Of a DNA stretch of 64,000 nt, positions 30,410-44,669 are shown one piece after another (within the stretch, counting starts at the first letter, position 1; every line of letters begins with the position of its first letter). Position numbers and translations under genes: made by a program. A model generated the notes under the pieces. It did no database searches and was not told the DNA's origin. It saw only the letters and a program-made list of their open reading frames with translations. This stretch comes from the human T2T-CHM13v2.0 reference genome, Homo sapiens, in NCBI RefSeq assembly GCF_009914755.1, contig NC_060942.1; one strand, written 5' to 3'.

Positions 30410-31870
30410 TGTTCATTTGATTTTCCACAAAGGTGCTAAAGCAATACAATAAAGAAAATAATGCCTTTTCAATAAATGATATAGAAACAACTAGATTCTC
30501 ACATGCTAAAAAATAAACCTCAGCACCTACCTCCCATCAAACAGAAAATGTTACATGATGTGTGCGTAAACCTGAACATAGCAGTTAACATAAACATAAT
30601 AAAGCTTTTAAGGGAAAGCATGTCTCTAAAACTTAAGAGTAGGAAAACATTTCTTAGATAGGAAACAGCAAATAACAATAATAAAAGAAAAAAAATGATA
30701 GATTTTATCAAAATTGAAAATTTTTGCTCATCAAATGACAGTTAAGAAAAACAGGCAAGCTGCTGACTTGGATAAAACATTCACACAACTAGAAACTATT
30801 ATCTAGGATGATAAAGAACTACTATAATTCAATAATAAAAAGACAACTATAAAGTAGTCAATTAATATGATCAGATACTTTACAAGGAAGGTATACATAA
30901 TGGCCAATAAGGACGTAAAAAGTTGTTCAATGCCATTAGTCATCAGGGAGCGGCAAATAATTAAAACCAAAAGACATACCATTACATAGCCACGAGAATG
31001 TCTAAAATTGAAAACACTGACAACAACAAATGTTGGTGAGGAAGTGGAGTGACTGGAACTCATATATTGTTGGTGGAGGTATAGTGGTATCTGGCAGTTT
31101 CTTGTAAGACTAAGCATACACCTACCCTACGGCCCAGAAGTTCTATGCTAGGCATTTATCCAAGTGAAATGAAATATATATTTATTAAAAGAGCTCAGAT
31201 TTATAATATCCAAAACTAAGAAACTCCCAGGTATCTATCAATAGGAAAACAGATATACAAACTGCAGTATATTCATATAATGTGATGCTGCTCAGTAATA
31301 ACAAGGAACAAATTACTAATACACAAAACAACATCAATGAATCTCAAATCCATGCTAAGTGAAAGAAACCAGACAAAAAAGAGTATGTACTACTGTATAT
31401 ACATTATAATTACATTTATTTGAAATCTAGAATAAGCAAAATGAATGTACACAAAAAAGAGAGCTATCCATCAAAAAAACGGTGATAGAAAATAAATCAG
31501 ATTGATGGTGCCACTGGGGAGGAAGGAATGGTGGGAATTAGCTGGCATAAGGGACTTTCTGGGATTACGGTACCATTCTATGCCTTGATAGGGGTTTGTG
31601 TTATACAGATTTAGGCAATTATCGAAACTCAACAAATCATAACATTAAATATTCGAGCATTGCTTTGATTGTAAAATTTACCTCAAAAGAAAAAAGTTAA
31701 ATGGATTGATGGATGAATAGAGGGATGGAAAAATAGATACATATGTGATAAAACAAAGACAGTAAAAAATAGTAAAGTCTAGGTGGTTGGTATACGGATG
31801 TTCACTTTAAAATTCCTTCAACTTTTCTTTGTGCCTGAAAATTTCATAATATAAAGTGATGAGAAAAATG
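30410..31870 (+). mobile_element. Old L1M (MC/MD-type) ORF2-end and 3'UTR
   Basis: ttttccacaaaggtgctaaagcaat; ttagtcatcagggagcggcaaat; aaatgttggtgaggaagtggagtgactggaactc; gctaagtgaaagaaaccagaca. Confidence 0.8.
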
Positions 31871-32307
31871 TTGTTAAATGAGTAGGGCAAGATGCTAGTC
31901 TCAGGCCAAAGTACTAGGACAGGGACTCAAGTACAAGATTATAGGACAAGACCAGTTAAACAAACACAGGGGAATAATAGTAATAATGGCCATCATTTAT
32001 TTATTGGATACTCACTATACTGGGCCCTGAACAGGGCACTTCTCAAAACTCAGCTTGCTTAAGCCTTCCAACATACCCATTTTACAGATAAGACACTAAA
32101 GCTTAGAGAACTTATATAATTCATCCTAAGCCCCACCCCACAGCCACAAAGTGGGTGAGCCAAGTTGGAGCCCTGGTCTATCAGATCCCAGGCATCATGC
32201 TGTTCCTCCTTTGCTATACTTCAGAGGGAAGGCTGGAGCTACTTGAACCAACAGCATTTAAGATTAGAGCAGGGCTGATTTGATGAGTCACTGGGATATT
32301 AGAGTCC

Positions 32308-32850
32308 AATCCTGTGTTGCTTAACATTGGGGATACATTCCAAGAACTGCATCCTTAGGCAGTTTCATCATCGTGTGAACTCATGGAGTTCATTTACACA
32401 AACCTAGATGGTGTAGCCTACTACACACTTAGATCATATGCTATAGTCTACTGCTGCTAGGACACAAACCTGTACAGCAAGTTACTGTACTGATTATTGT
32501 AGACAATTGAAACACAATGGTAAATATTTTATGTATCTAAACATTTCTAAATATAGAAAAGATACAGTAAGATTTGATATAAAGGTTAAAAAAAAAAGAT
32601 ACTCTTGTATAAAGCACTTGCCATGAATGAAGTTTGCAGGACTGGAGGTTGCTCTGGGTGAGTGAGTGGTGAGTGAATGTGAAGGCCTAGGACATTACTG
32701 TGTACTACTGTAGACTTTACAAACTCTGTACACTTCGGCTATGCTAAATTTATTTTTAAAATACAGTAAGTGTGATATGACTTTACAACAGCTACAATGT
32801 CACTAGGCTATAGAAATTTTTCAGCTCCATTATAATCTTATGGGACTGTA
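32308..32850 (+). mobile_element. Tigger3/MER7 (TcMar-Tigger) DNA transposon
   Basis: ttgcttaacattggggatacattc...tacacaaacctagatggtgtagcctactacac...aaacctgtacagcaagttactgtactga matches the recalled Tigger3 consensus. Confidence 0.85.
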
Positions 32851-35287
32851 TTTTAAATTCCTTCTGACTGGGCAAAGAATGAACTCCAGAGTTTAGGAGA
32901 GGGCTGTCAGAACTGAGGTTCTGCAGTATGCACTCTATGGGGCAGGGACCATATCCCTCTCGTGTTCCTGCTATAACCCCACAGTCACAGTACCTGGCAA
33001 ATATACGCATTTCCACAAATGTTTACCAGTGAATGAATAAATACATACAGAACTAGGAAACCAGACAGATCATTATAAATTCTCAAGCAGGAATGTGACT
33101 ACGTGAGTGGGAAAATCATCTTTCTAGATCAATCTTATTTCTCTCAAACTGTACTTCTGAGATTCTCCAAAAGAATGCAACTTCTTTTGAATGGCTTATT
33201 CCTGGAGAGGTTTTTTGTTGTTGTTTTTGTTTGGGTTTTTTGTTCGTTTGTTTGTTGCTGACACTGGAGGTGTTCTTTGCACATTTTAATGTATGCCAAG
33301 AAGTCTGTAAGAGTTCTGAACAGTCTCAGAATCTTGACTTTTGGAAGATCTTTAGAGGTTGTTCAGGCTAGCAACAAATATAGGATAGTAAAAGAGTCTT
33401 GTAATCACTTTTCTCCCTCTTTGCTGGAGAAAGAGCAAAGATTCTAACCTGACAGCAATAGCACAAATGAGAACCACAAAAGCCTCTTCTTGAAAGATTC
33501 CTAATCTGTGGGAGAGAGTTGCTTTATGAGAGGCCAGGGGCCAGAGCAGGCATGCTCCAGGTTCTGAGTTTTCCAGAGAAGACAGGTCTGCCTGTGCCAT
33601 CTCTAGATTTGGTTTTCTTAAGTGCTCTGAAGACAGTTCTATATGGTAGGCTGGGTAATGGAAAAGAATGCCTCCCCTAAAGATGCACTCAAAATAATTT
33701 TCTATTCTGGTTTCTTTAAAAAAGATGCTCCCAAACTACTCTTTCAACGAGATTAAAGCCTATTTGCTTCTTTGTACAAGAGGAATGGGATTCCTTATAG
33801 TAGGGCCTTTTGGGCTACTTAGATTCTTTTACAGAACTGGAATTCATCAGCAGGTTCTGGTGTTAATGTGGCTGAACTGCTTCAGAACACTCAGAGATTC
33901 TCACAAAATCCCGTTGATGCAGTGTTTTTGTTCACATTGTGCAAATGAGGAACTAAGACTCAAATAGATCAAATAACTCATGAAGTCATTCCGCTGGTAT
34001 GAAGAAGAACAAGAGAAGGCAGAACTGATCTTCATGCCCAGGTGAGGTCTCTTGACTGTCAGCTTGGTCTTTTCACAACAGAACTTGAATGCCTGTTTTT
34101 CCCAGGTGCTAGCAATTAAAGCACTCCTGCTAATACTTGTCAGAATAGACTGGGAGTCTGAACTCAGCATTTTCGGTTGTTGCTATTTAGATTCATGACT
34201 TCTTTTGAAGCTGTCAGGCATTCCCTGAGACCTGATGCCAGATTTGTAGTTAAAGGAGAACCATGACCTATCTCCAGAACATTCCCTGTGAGTCTGAATG
34301 GAAGTTATAGATCCCTATGTCTTCACTAAGTTCTTAGTATATTCGGAATGGCCCATGCTTACATCCTTTCTGCCAGTCCTCCGTCACTCTCTGGAAGGTG
34401 ATGTAAGATCATCAATGAAGCAGAAACACTGGGAAGCAGCTTGAAGGGAGTCAGCCTTTGAGTGGGAAGGGCCCATGATTTCCTTGCCTCTTGCTTCTTC
34501 ATCATTGACAAGTCAAGGTGCTGGCTAAGTGGAGACTCAAAACAGGAGAATTCACAGACGGTTCAGACAGAAGTAGCTTGTTGTCTGACCAAGTCTGGCA
34601 AAGCATATGGAGACCTAATTAAAAATGGCAGCCAAGAAAGGATCAGCAGGGTCCATAACCTTTAAAAGAACTCAATAGTACCTGGCCACATCTTCAATAT
34701 TTAATGCTGGGGGATGATAAATTATTCAGATGAAATAATCTTGGCTTCCACTCACCATAGCCCAAGAGCATTGATCCACATCATCACTAATGATGATGAG
34801 CATCACTAATCCACAGAGGCCTTCACGATGAGATGCCAACATGAAATGGAAGAGTGACAGCATTTCTGCTTTAGATTGTTTACCCCTTCCTCACCCTGAG
34901 ATTTCACATGCTCTTCAGTGGGCCTCCAGGATTGAACTGTCCTTCCTGTTACGTCAAACAGCAACATGAGGATCAATTATCTACCTATATTCCCTGTTGG
35001 GCTCAGGATTTGGGGTAGTGAAGGATTGATTCAGATCCCTCTGCTGGTACAGAAGACGATCCATTATCTCACTTCCAGACCAGTGCTTTTAACATCTAGA
35101 TCAGTGCTTTTAAAACTTAGATTTGCCTAAGAATTATCCATGTATCTTGTTAAAATGCAGATTGTGGTGCACTAGGTCTTCTTGGTTAGATACTCTGCCT
35201 TTCTAGCAAGCTCCCAGGTGATGCCAATGCTTCTGGTCTATGGATCAGTCTTTGGAAGGCAAGGCACTATATGGCTGTGAAAAGTAG

Positions 35288-35579
<292 letters not shown>

Positions 35580-36747
35580 AAATCCACTCTTTTGCCTGAC
35601 ATTCAAGGTCCTGTACAAACTGATCCTACTTGCTTTGTAACCTTTTTTGTCATTGCTCTCTTCTCATGATCTGCATCTCAAGCAGATGAACTATTGCTGC
35701 TTCCCAGCCATACTGCCACGCTGCCTTTATTTTGCTCTTTCTTCTACCTGGAATGTTCTTGTCCACCTCTTTCAAGGCCCAGCTCAAGTGCTGCCTCCTC
35801 CATGAAGCCTAATGAGTCCCTTCAGCCAGAGGTCGTCTTCCTTCCTCTGACTACTGATGTCACTTTATACCTATTTCTCTTGGGGACGCTGTCACTATCT
35901 ATCTTGAACTATGACTTGGGGACCATGTCTTTTATCTTGTTTCTACTATAATTCTTTGTAAACTTTCTGAGGGCAGGTTCTATTTTGATTTGCTTGTAAC
36001 TTATAGACACTTATCACAATGCATTATACATAGCAAGAAGTAAGTGCGTGCGTGTGTGTGTGTGTGTATCAGTTAATTTTATTGGAGTACAATTTAAATC
36101 AATAAAATGCATAGATTTCAACTGTACTGTTCATTGAGTTTTGTACCCAAGTAACCACCACCCAATCAAGATAGAAAACTTTTCCATCACCCCAGAACAC
36201 TCTCTATTTCCCATTCCAGCCAATCCCCTCCCGTTCTAGCCAATCCTTAGCTAGAAAATAACTGTTCAGATTTCTACCAGCATAAACTGGTTTTGTCTCT
36301 TCTTGAATTTTACATAAGTGGAATTATAGAAAACCTACTCCTTTATCTGACTTCTTTCACTCAACATAATGTCCACGCTGCCACACGTTGGAAATAGCTT
36401 CTTAAATAATTCACTGATGGGGGCGATGGAAGCCTTGGTTTAGTGCAATCAGACTGGCCTGGGGACTTTCCTGAATTCAAGGACATTTTGGACTTTCTGT
36501 GCTTGCTTCCTGCCTGATGTCCAATTGCTCACTAAATTACCGAAGCTCCTTGAAGTCCTGTCACTCTTTCTCTGCCAGCACTTCTGCCTCCTCCACAGTG
36601 CCCATGTGTCTTCCCACTACTGCCAGCAAAGGGCTCTCTCCCAGCTGCCTTCCCTACCAGCTCCCTAAGACTCTGTTGCTGAGCTTCAAGGTTCTAAGAT
36701 CCCTCGGATTGGCTCTGTCTGTTGGAAAAGATGTGCTCTCCACTGTT

Positions 36748-36787
36748 GGTTTTTTGTTTGTTTGTTTTTGTTTTTGTTTTTGTTTTT
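36748..36787. repeat. (TTTG/TTTTTG)n simple repeat
   Basis: Directly visible. Confidence 0.85.
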
Positions 36788-37438
36788 GCCAATCAGCTTT
36801 TCTTCTTTGAGGATGAGGGTGGGTCACCCTTTGAGGCTCAGCCAAAGTCACCCATCCAGTGTCCTCCACGCCCATAACCTGCTACGGCTCATATCAATTC
36901 TTTGCCAAGAGGCAAGTGCAACTGGAGCCCCCAGTGAGGGCACGGCTGCTGGCCCTGGAGTTTCCTGCATGCTGCAACATGGGAATTCTCACCAGACTTC
37001 ACCTAAAGTCAGCTTGCTCCCACCTGCCAGGCCACATGACCCAGCAATGGTGACAATGACAGTAGGCCATTCCTGGCTAACAGACTCATGCTTGGTCTGG
37101 TTCTTAGTGCATGTTGGGCTGAAAAGAGCAAGCATTGCTTCCTCCCCATCACAGTAGCCACAAAGGGCTTATTCTCATCCCTTTTATTAACTTTGCTGTT
37201 GTCTAGGTCAGAGTTGCCTCTACGGGCCTATGTGTGATTGATAGGGTGAGAATGAGGCCCAGACAGGACAAGTCCTAAATTGCAGCTCCAGAAAAGGAGA
37301 GCCAGGCCTGCATCTCCTGACACTGGGACATATGGCTGAGATGTGAGCAAGAAGCCAGGTGCCACCCACAGTGAATTATCTTAATCTGGAAAGAATAAGG
37401 AAAGACAGCCATAAGGTCACACTGCCATTTTGCACTTC

Positions 37439-37746
37439 TTTTTTTTTTTTTTTTTTTTTTTTTTTTGAGACAAGGTCTCTGTTGCCCAGGCTGGAGTGCT
37501 GTGACACAATCATGGCCCACTGCAACCTTAAACTCCTGGGCTCAAGAGAGCCTCTCACCTCAGCCTCCCAAGTCGCTAAGATTACATGTATACACCATCA
37601 TGCCTGGCTAATTTTTAATTTTTTTCTGTAAAGAGAGGGTCTTACTGTGTTGCTGGGGCTAGTTTTGAACTCCTGGCCTCAAGTGATCCTCCTGCCTGGA
37701 CCTCCCAAAGTGCTGGGACTACAGGTGCGAGCCACCACACCCAGCC
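37439..37746 (-). mobile_element. AluJ SINE
   Basis: Full Alu; TSD CCATTTTGCACTT. Confidence 0.9.
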
Positions 37747-38227
37747 CATTTTGCACTTTATGGGATGTCATTTCCTGATTGCTCCTGAAGGACATGTGCT
37801 CCTAATAATATGGAACACCCACTTAATCCTTGCAGCCCTGTGAGGTAGGCCTTGTTATTCCTGTCTCAGGAAACCACAGCCCAGAGAGGGTGCTGACCTG
37901 CCCATGGTTGCGTAGCACAAATGGCAGATCTTGGATTTACATATGCTTGGCTCCAAGCTGTTCCTACCACTCCATCACCCTGCCTTTCTGTCTGGCTCCT
38001 GGAAGGTAATTACAATGTCTCTGATCTCATGTATCCCATCAAAGTGCTTAGATGTGCTGACCACAAAGCTCTTCTTAGCTCCTTACAGCACTTACTGACA
38101 GGAAGCCAGGAAGGAGCTGGTGCCTTTCCCCTCCCTGCCAAGGGGACGCTGGAGCTTGCGATTCCCGCCCATATGCATCGGCCTCTGCTGCATGACTTGA
38201 GATTTGCAGTATATTGACAAGGCCTAT

Positions 38228-38615
38228 TGTATTAGTTTGCTAGGGTTGTCATAACAAAGAACTGCAGACTTGACTTAAACAACAGAAACATATTTTCACA
38301 GTCCTGGAAGTTGGGAAGTCCAAGATCAAGGTGTCAGCAGGGTTGGTTCCTTCTGACGCCTCTCTAAGCTTGGAGATGGCCATTTTTGGAGTTGGCTTGG
38401 CGATGGCCATTTTTTCCCCTATGTCTTCATATCATCTTCCTTCTGTGCCAGTTGTGCCCTAATATTCTCTTATAGGACACCAGTCATATTGGATTAGTGC
38501 TCTAACTGTTTTAACTTAATTACCTCTTTAAATACAAATATAGCCACATTTTGAGGTACTGGGAATTAAGACCTCAACATACACATTTTGGGAGAACACG
38601 GTTCAGGCCACAACA
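38228..38615. mobile_element. MaLR LTR (MLT1A/B-like)
   Basis: tgtattagtttgctagggttgtcataacaaa...aagtccaagatcaaggtgtcagcagggttggttccttctga...ttttgggagaacacggttcaggccacaaca. Confidence 0.85.
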
Positions 38616-40439
38616 CCTACCCAAAAACATTTGCCATTCCAGGGCTACCACACATTTCAAATTCCTACCATTGGTCCTCTGAGCTAGAGTTTCATTAAAG
38701 TGCAAATATTTTAACAGAATGAAAGAGTATGGAATCATGGACTCCTACTAACATTGCAGTCATTTTGCCCTATAAATTACCCAGGCCAGTGCCAAGCCTG
38801 CTGAGATGGCCTCAGGGCAAATTATTTGAGAATGAGTGGGGAAATTAAGGAATAAACTATAGTTTAGGGTTCTGCCCAAGAGCCCGGGACAACATCTGGT
38901 ACCGTATTGAACTGTGGTTTCATGGATGGAGTGTAGAGGGATGAAAGATGCTGAAAGAAACTAAGATAAGATTTACCCACTTTTAGGATTTCACTGGGCA
39001 CTCTGTGGTGGAGTGTTAAGGTATGAATTTTGGAATCAGGCAGAACAGGATTTGCTGATCACCAGCTGTGAGCCCCTGGGCAAGTTGCTTGAGCTATCTG
39101 TATCTGTTTCCACTGACCACAGTGGGGAGATGTTAACGCCACCCTCCTGGGGTTGTGATGATAAGCCGTCCTCCACTGGGCAGGGAAAGCATGGAGCATA
39201 ACAACGGCGCACAGAGATGTTCAGGAAATGAACCTCATGCACTGCTCCAACACTCCATCAGAGTACACATAACAACCTAGATCCCAGAAGATGTTTCAGA
39301 AGTGATATGGAAAACTTCCTTCCTTGCTCGGGCAGAACCAGGATATCCCAGAGAAAGAGCAACCCATTTGCAGACCTGAAATTCGAAGCAATAACCAGGA
39401 CCAAACTAGTAAGCAGATTCCAGAAGAACGAGAGCTTTCCAGTGTGTGACCTGGCCCTCCAATGGAGAGGGCCCCTGCTAAGAGGTGGCCTGGAACACTC
39501 TGAGGTAGGGACAAGGCACTTCATTCTGAACTTGAACCCCAAAGTCCAACAGTCCAAGCTGAAAAGTTAACCCCAAAGCAAACCACACCACAAAAGACCA
39601 CAATGTAAGGGCTAAAGAGATCCAACAATCCAGAAGCCAAATCACTGGGAGCTGTTAATCCAGGAGTGGAGCCAACACCAAAAGCCACATTGAGGTCAGA
39701 AAGCAAAGGTGCTCCCAGCCAATGGGGCCAAAGAGGAGCAAGGCAGAGGTAGACCAAGAAAGACCCTGGAACCAGGAGGAAAACCAGCTGCCACCAGCTG
39801 CCTGTGGCTGAGAGTGGAGCCACATTATATGCCCTTTAAGAGGGAATATGCAAATTAAACCCATTTTGACCTGCAGAGAGTGAGAAAAGACCACGTCACA
39901 GCACCTGCCACCTACCTCTTGCACCCAGTGGGCCTGTGCCTTGGCACAAGCAGGGAGTGGAGCTAGGGCTCTGCTGTCCTCAAGGACAGTCTCAGCATCT
40001 AGGGCAGCCCACCTGGTGAGCATCTTGCCATCCTGAAGGTGATTTTGTTGATACAGGTTCAAATTTTTCATATAAAATGGCCTCTAAACACAAGTCAACC
40101 GCTGCATCCAATGCTCAACTCAAGGGGGAAAAAAACAGCAGTTGCCACGCAGGTGGGGAAACTGGTGGTGATTGACTCACTGAGCGGCGTCACTCAGTGT
40201 AATTTTGGGGTGATTTAAGGGTTCTGAGGGTAATATTGACAGTGAGCAATTTTTACCACATGTACTGGCCAGACAACCTAAATCCTGTGAAAGTCTACTC
40301 TGTATTTGGTCCATATGAATGCAGGCTGGGGGCAGATCCCAAACTGTGAAAAATAAATATATGTTGTTTAAGCTACCTAATCTATAGTAGTTTTGTTATA
40401 TAGCAGCCTGAACTGACTCAGACATATGAGTAGCTCAAT

Positions 40440-40680
40440 CTACATATAGAGACAGAAAGTAGATTGGTGGTTACCAGGAGCTAGAGGGAGGAATGGGGAG
40501 TTGGTGTGTAATGGATACAGTTTTGCTTTGGGAAGATGAAAAAGTTCTGGAGATGAATAGTGGTGATGTTTGCACAAGAGTGTGAATGTATTTATTGTCA
40601 CCAAACTGTACATTTAAAATGGCTAAATAGTAAATTTTATATCATATAAAATAACATATATGTTACCACAACTTTTTTTT
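40440..40680 (+). mobile_element. L1MB 3' fragment
   Basis: gagacagaaagtagattggtggttaccagg...gatgaaaaagttctggagatgaatagtggtgatg. Confidence 0.8.
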
Positions 40681-43600
40681 TAAAGAATTGGTACTGTGTA
40701 ACTAATAGACATTCCCCTCACCAGGAAATCTCTGACCAAACAGCTCAATTAGGTTAAGAACTATGTGCTCAGTAAGTGTATCTACTGGTGTGTTTTGTTG
40801 CCATTTTGGCTTCGCCTCCACTTTCATTGGAATTGAACATGCCCAGCCTGTCAGCTGAGCTGCGGGTGGGATGGTTTGTCCCCGCTTTGCAAGGTTAGCC
40901 AGAGAGGACTTCATCATGTATCTGAGGCTTCTCCCCTTTACCAATAGTGGATGTCAGGGGAGATGCCTCTTTGCTCCTGGTATTTTCTTCCGTGCAGAAA
41001 CAATCTTAACAAACAGGCCATTGTGACGTCTGGTCTTCCTCACTTCTGCTCAGCAAAAGTGGAGTGGCCTCCACCATGAGGGAGAGCCTCGTGTATCCAG
41101 CCCCTTGCTGTCTCCATCTGCTTGGGAGTAGCCCCGCTGAGGAAGCCCACCTTCTGCTCCACATTCCCCGTGCCTGCTGCCTGGGCTGGGGCCTGCCTGG
41201 TGCTGGGCTGTTGTGATCGGATGCCCCCATGCCTATAGATCTAACCCTCTTCCTCACATACCATCCTCATCAGTAGGAAAGGTGCTAGGTTGGTCTCTGT
41301 CTGCCAACTCCTTTGTCTTTTCTCAATCCGTTTAGAACTTGGGTGGCAAGAGCAATACCAGCAGGAGGCTTGGAGATCTAAGCATGATCTACTATTGTGT
41401 TCCTGAAACCACTAGGGGATGAGTTGCTACATTCCTCTGAGGACATTGTCATGCTCTGGGTCTCATCTCAGCCCAAACAGAGGGGAAGGCAGCCTGGGAA
41501 GCAGGGTCCTCCGTCTGAAGCAGAGCTCACCCACTGAGGCACGCAAGTCCCGCCAGCCAGACTCCAGAGCAGCTGCTGGAAGGACATTCTGCCCCGGGAG
41601 GATAGAACATGACACTGGGGGGACCAGGTCACATACAAACAAGACAGCCTGGCCAGAGGAGGCAGCAGAAAGCTCGAATATGGTGGCTCTTTTTCTATTG
41701 CTGGATAACAAATTATCAGATATTTACCAGCTTACAACAACCTGTGTTTATTATCTCACAGTGTCCACGGGTTGGGAGTCTATGGAAGGTGGGGCTTGCC
41801 TGTCACCTTCAGATCCAGCCTGGCAGAGTTCCCACATCAGTCCTTGCTGAGCAGACAGCATTTCAGCAACAATCTCAGCCTCTGACTTGGGGGATTTAGA
41901 ATTAAGTCAGTGATCTGGGATATAAAGGCCTGGTCACAGCAGACTGGGTCCTCAGCTCAGGATCTTGCAGGCTGCAATCCAGCTGCCAGCCAGGCAGAGG
42001 GGGTAACAGTCAGCACATACCTCTTACCACCACAGGGCCCCCAGGGATCTATGAATGCCTGGAGATGGGAGGCTGATGGGAGGCAGCAGGTTACAAGCCC
42101 CCATAGGGTAGGATTCAGAAGCCTTGGGTAGCATAATCAGACAGAAGGTTAGACGGAAGGCACAAAGTCACATACAAGGCCAATTTGGCAGCACAGAGCA
42201 TACCTATTTTGGGGCTCGGGCCAGCAGAGCAGGACCCAGGACTACAGCAAAGGAGAATCATACCTGAGAGAGAAGAGGGAGTCTGCCCACTGTGACCAGG
42301 CCTCTATATCCCAGAACACTGACAATTCTAAATCCCCTGGGTCAGAGGCTGAGCTTACTGCTAAAATGCTGTCTTCTCAGTGAGGACTGATGCAGGAATT
42401 CTTCAGAGCTGGATCTGAAAATGACAGGCAAGTCCCCATCTGCAAGGAGTGGGAAGGCAGAGGCCACCAGATGCCTTTAAGCTTTTACTCTTGACCCTGA
42501 CTTCTCCAGATAAACTGCTCACCTAAACCTTTGCTCTTCTGATGGTCCTCATTCTACCAGCTTTGTCCTCCTAAACCTCCAGGCTGCTTTTTCTACCTAT
42601 GCTGCTTCAGACTACCAACTGATGACAAATTGTCGGCCTCGACTTCTCTGCTTTTTTCTTCTTCTTCACTTCTGAGGTCTCCGCTCCTGATGGAAGGCTG
42701 GTGTTGAAAGGATTCCAGCCACAGCCTGGACCACACCCCAGGAGCCAGTCTGTCGATGCTCTTGTCTCGGTACCTTTCTCATAAATCAGCCAGGGAGGGG
42801 TTCAGTCTGCATCCTGGCCAGAGATCAATGGTGCTAATGGTGTCTGGTCCATTAGAGGTGGAAGAGTTCCAGCCTGTGCAAGTCTGCAGCGAACTGCACC
42901 ATCAGCTCTGCCAGGTACAGACTCTGGGAATATTCCTTGGTAGTTCCCTGGTCACTCAGAACAGGGCACAGTAAAAGGAAAAACCTTGTCACAGGGCCAT
43001 CTGACAGACCGTTCTGTCCTATGCCAGATTCCTCATCCTTCCTAATCCTAGGGACACAACCCCTTGCCAGTCATCCCATAAAGTAGTTTTCTTGGTTATT
43101 CCTGTAACAGAACTGTCTGTAGACCGTCATCCTTCTCCCAAAGACTGCAGCCACTCTGCGAATTATCTTCACAGAGCACTTTAAGCTGGACCACTCCAAG
43201 GATGAGGACCTGGAGGAAGCATTTGGATAGATACAGCCTGTGTCGTGCTGCACTGGGAGGGGGTCATCCCAGTGTGGTTCCAGGATCACGGCTCTTGGAA
43301 ATCCCAGTAAGGATGTCTTATTCTAGAAAATAAGCTTTATGGTTAGCAAAGGTGGCTATGTTCTCCTTATTAATGGGTACCATTGGAAGACAATGCATCC
43401 CTGGACCTACTCACTAGGTCACTTCCATGGTGAGGCTCCAGTCCCTCCACACAGGTTCACTCAGGAAAATCTCTTATTATCCACGCAACAAGATCCTATT
43501 TGCCATGTTGTATTCACTTAGACCCATCTTTTAGCAGCTGTGACTTATGCACATCTTCATCTCTACGGTATCAAAATCCAAGATCTCTAAACCAAATGTG

Positions 43601-44299
43601 GGCGGTGGCTGGAATTTCCCCATCCTGTGGGCAGCAACTTTTGGAAACACTAACAGAATAGAATAAAAAAAGAGGCTGGATTCTATTTGCAGCTTAACAC
43701 CAACCGCTGAATGAAGCCCTGACTCCCCGTTTTGATGTGCTACCAAGTTTGAATCATGCTGACACATGCCCATCTGTCAGGTGGAATAATGGGGTTTTGA
43801 GTGGCTTAATTGTAGCCCAAGTATTAAAGCCCTGCTGAGTTACACGGTGTTGAGTTAAGGCATGTCCACAGTAAAGAGAATGCTCTTCTCTGCCTGAACC
43901 AAGGCAAAGACAGAGCTCTTTCCACTAATGGTGACTCCTAGCCACAGATCTGTTGCTAAAAGGAAAACAAGCCCATCTCCTGTTTGTTCTTTAATAGCCT
44001 CATCTCTGATATAAGCAGCCTTCCCACCTCCAGAAACTCAGCATTAAAGTGACATCATTGAAATTTGCCATAAATACTGCAAGCACTTTTTTCAAAATGA
44101 TCTGGTTTATGAGCAGGGTAGCGTAGCCATAACAAGCACCCCTTTCAATACCAACTAATTCTATTTGAAATAGCCTGTCCATTTTTCCATCCCAGGGTCT
44201 CTCACCCCTCCTACTTAAAATGCAAAGCAGAATTAAGATTTTGAACTCTAAAGTCAGACATAACTAGATTCAATCCCAGCTCTGAAAATCACCATGGGG

Positions 44300-44660
44300 T
44301 GCGAAAGTTATAAAACATGTTATCAAAATTTTAACACTCCTTCCATCAAGAGTTGGGGTCCATTGCCCTTGAATCTGGGCTCTGTGACTGCTTTACCCAA
44401 TAAAGTACAACAGAAGTTATGGTACCAGCTTCTGGATGCAGACCTTAAGAAACCAGCAGCTTCTACTTGCTGTCTCCTGGGGTGCTCCTCCTTCTCAGAG
44501 CCCAGTCATCCTGCTGGGAGGAAGCTCAACAGCTCATGGAGAGGTCCACGGAGAGGAGACCCAGGTCCTCAGGCCCATGGCCCCAGCTGGGCTCCCAGCC
44601 AACAGCCACCACCAATGTGCCAGTCCTGCAAGTGAGCCATCTTGTAAGTAGTCATCTAGC
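44300..44660. mobile_element. MaLR LTR (MLT1F/G-like)
   Basis: cccttgaatctgggctctgtgactgcttt; agaggtccacggagaggagacccagg; cccagccaacagccaccaccaa. Confidence 0.7.
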
Positions 44661-44669
44661 CCCAAGGCT

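Noticed and set aside
33900-34045. Exon-like segment ending in CAG|gtgagg
   Set aside because: Core matches a MIR (gcaaatgaggaactaagactcaaatagatcaaataact); no supporting frame.
40998-41240. Strong acceptor followed by GC-rich sequence, as another fossil exon
   Set aside because: No clear donor and no frame stands out; left unassigned.
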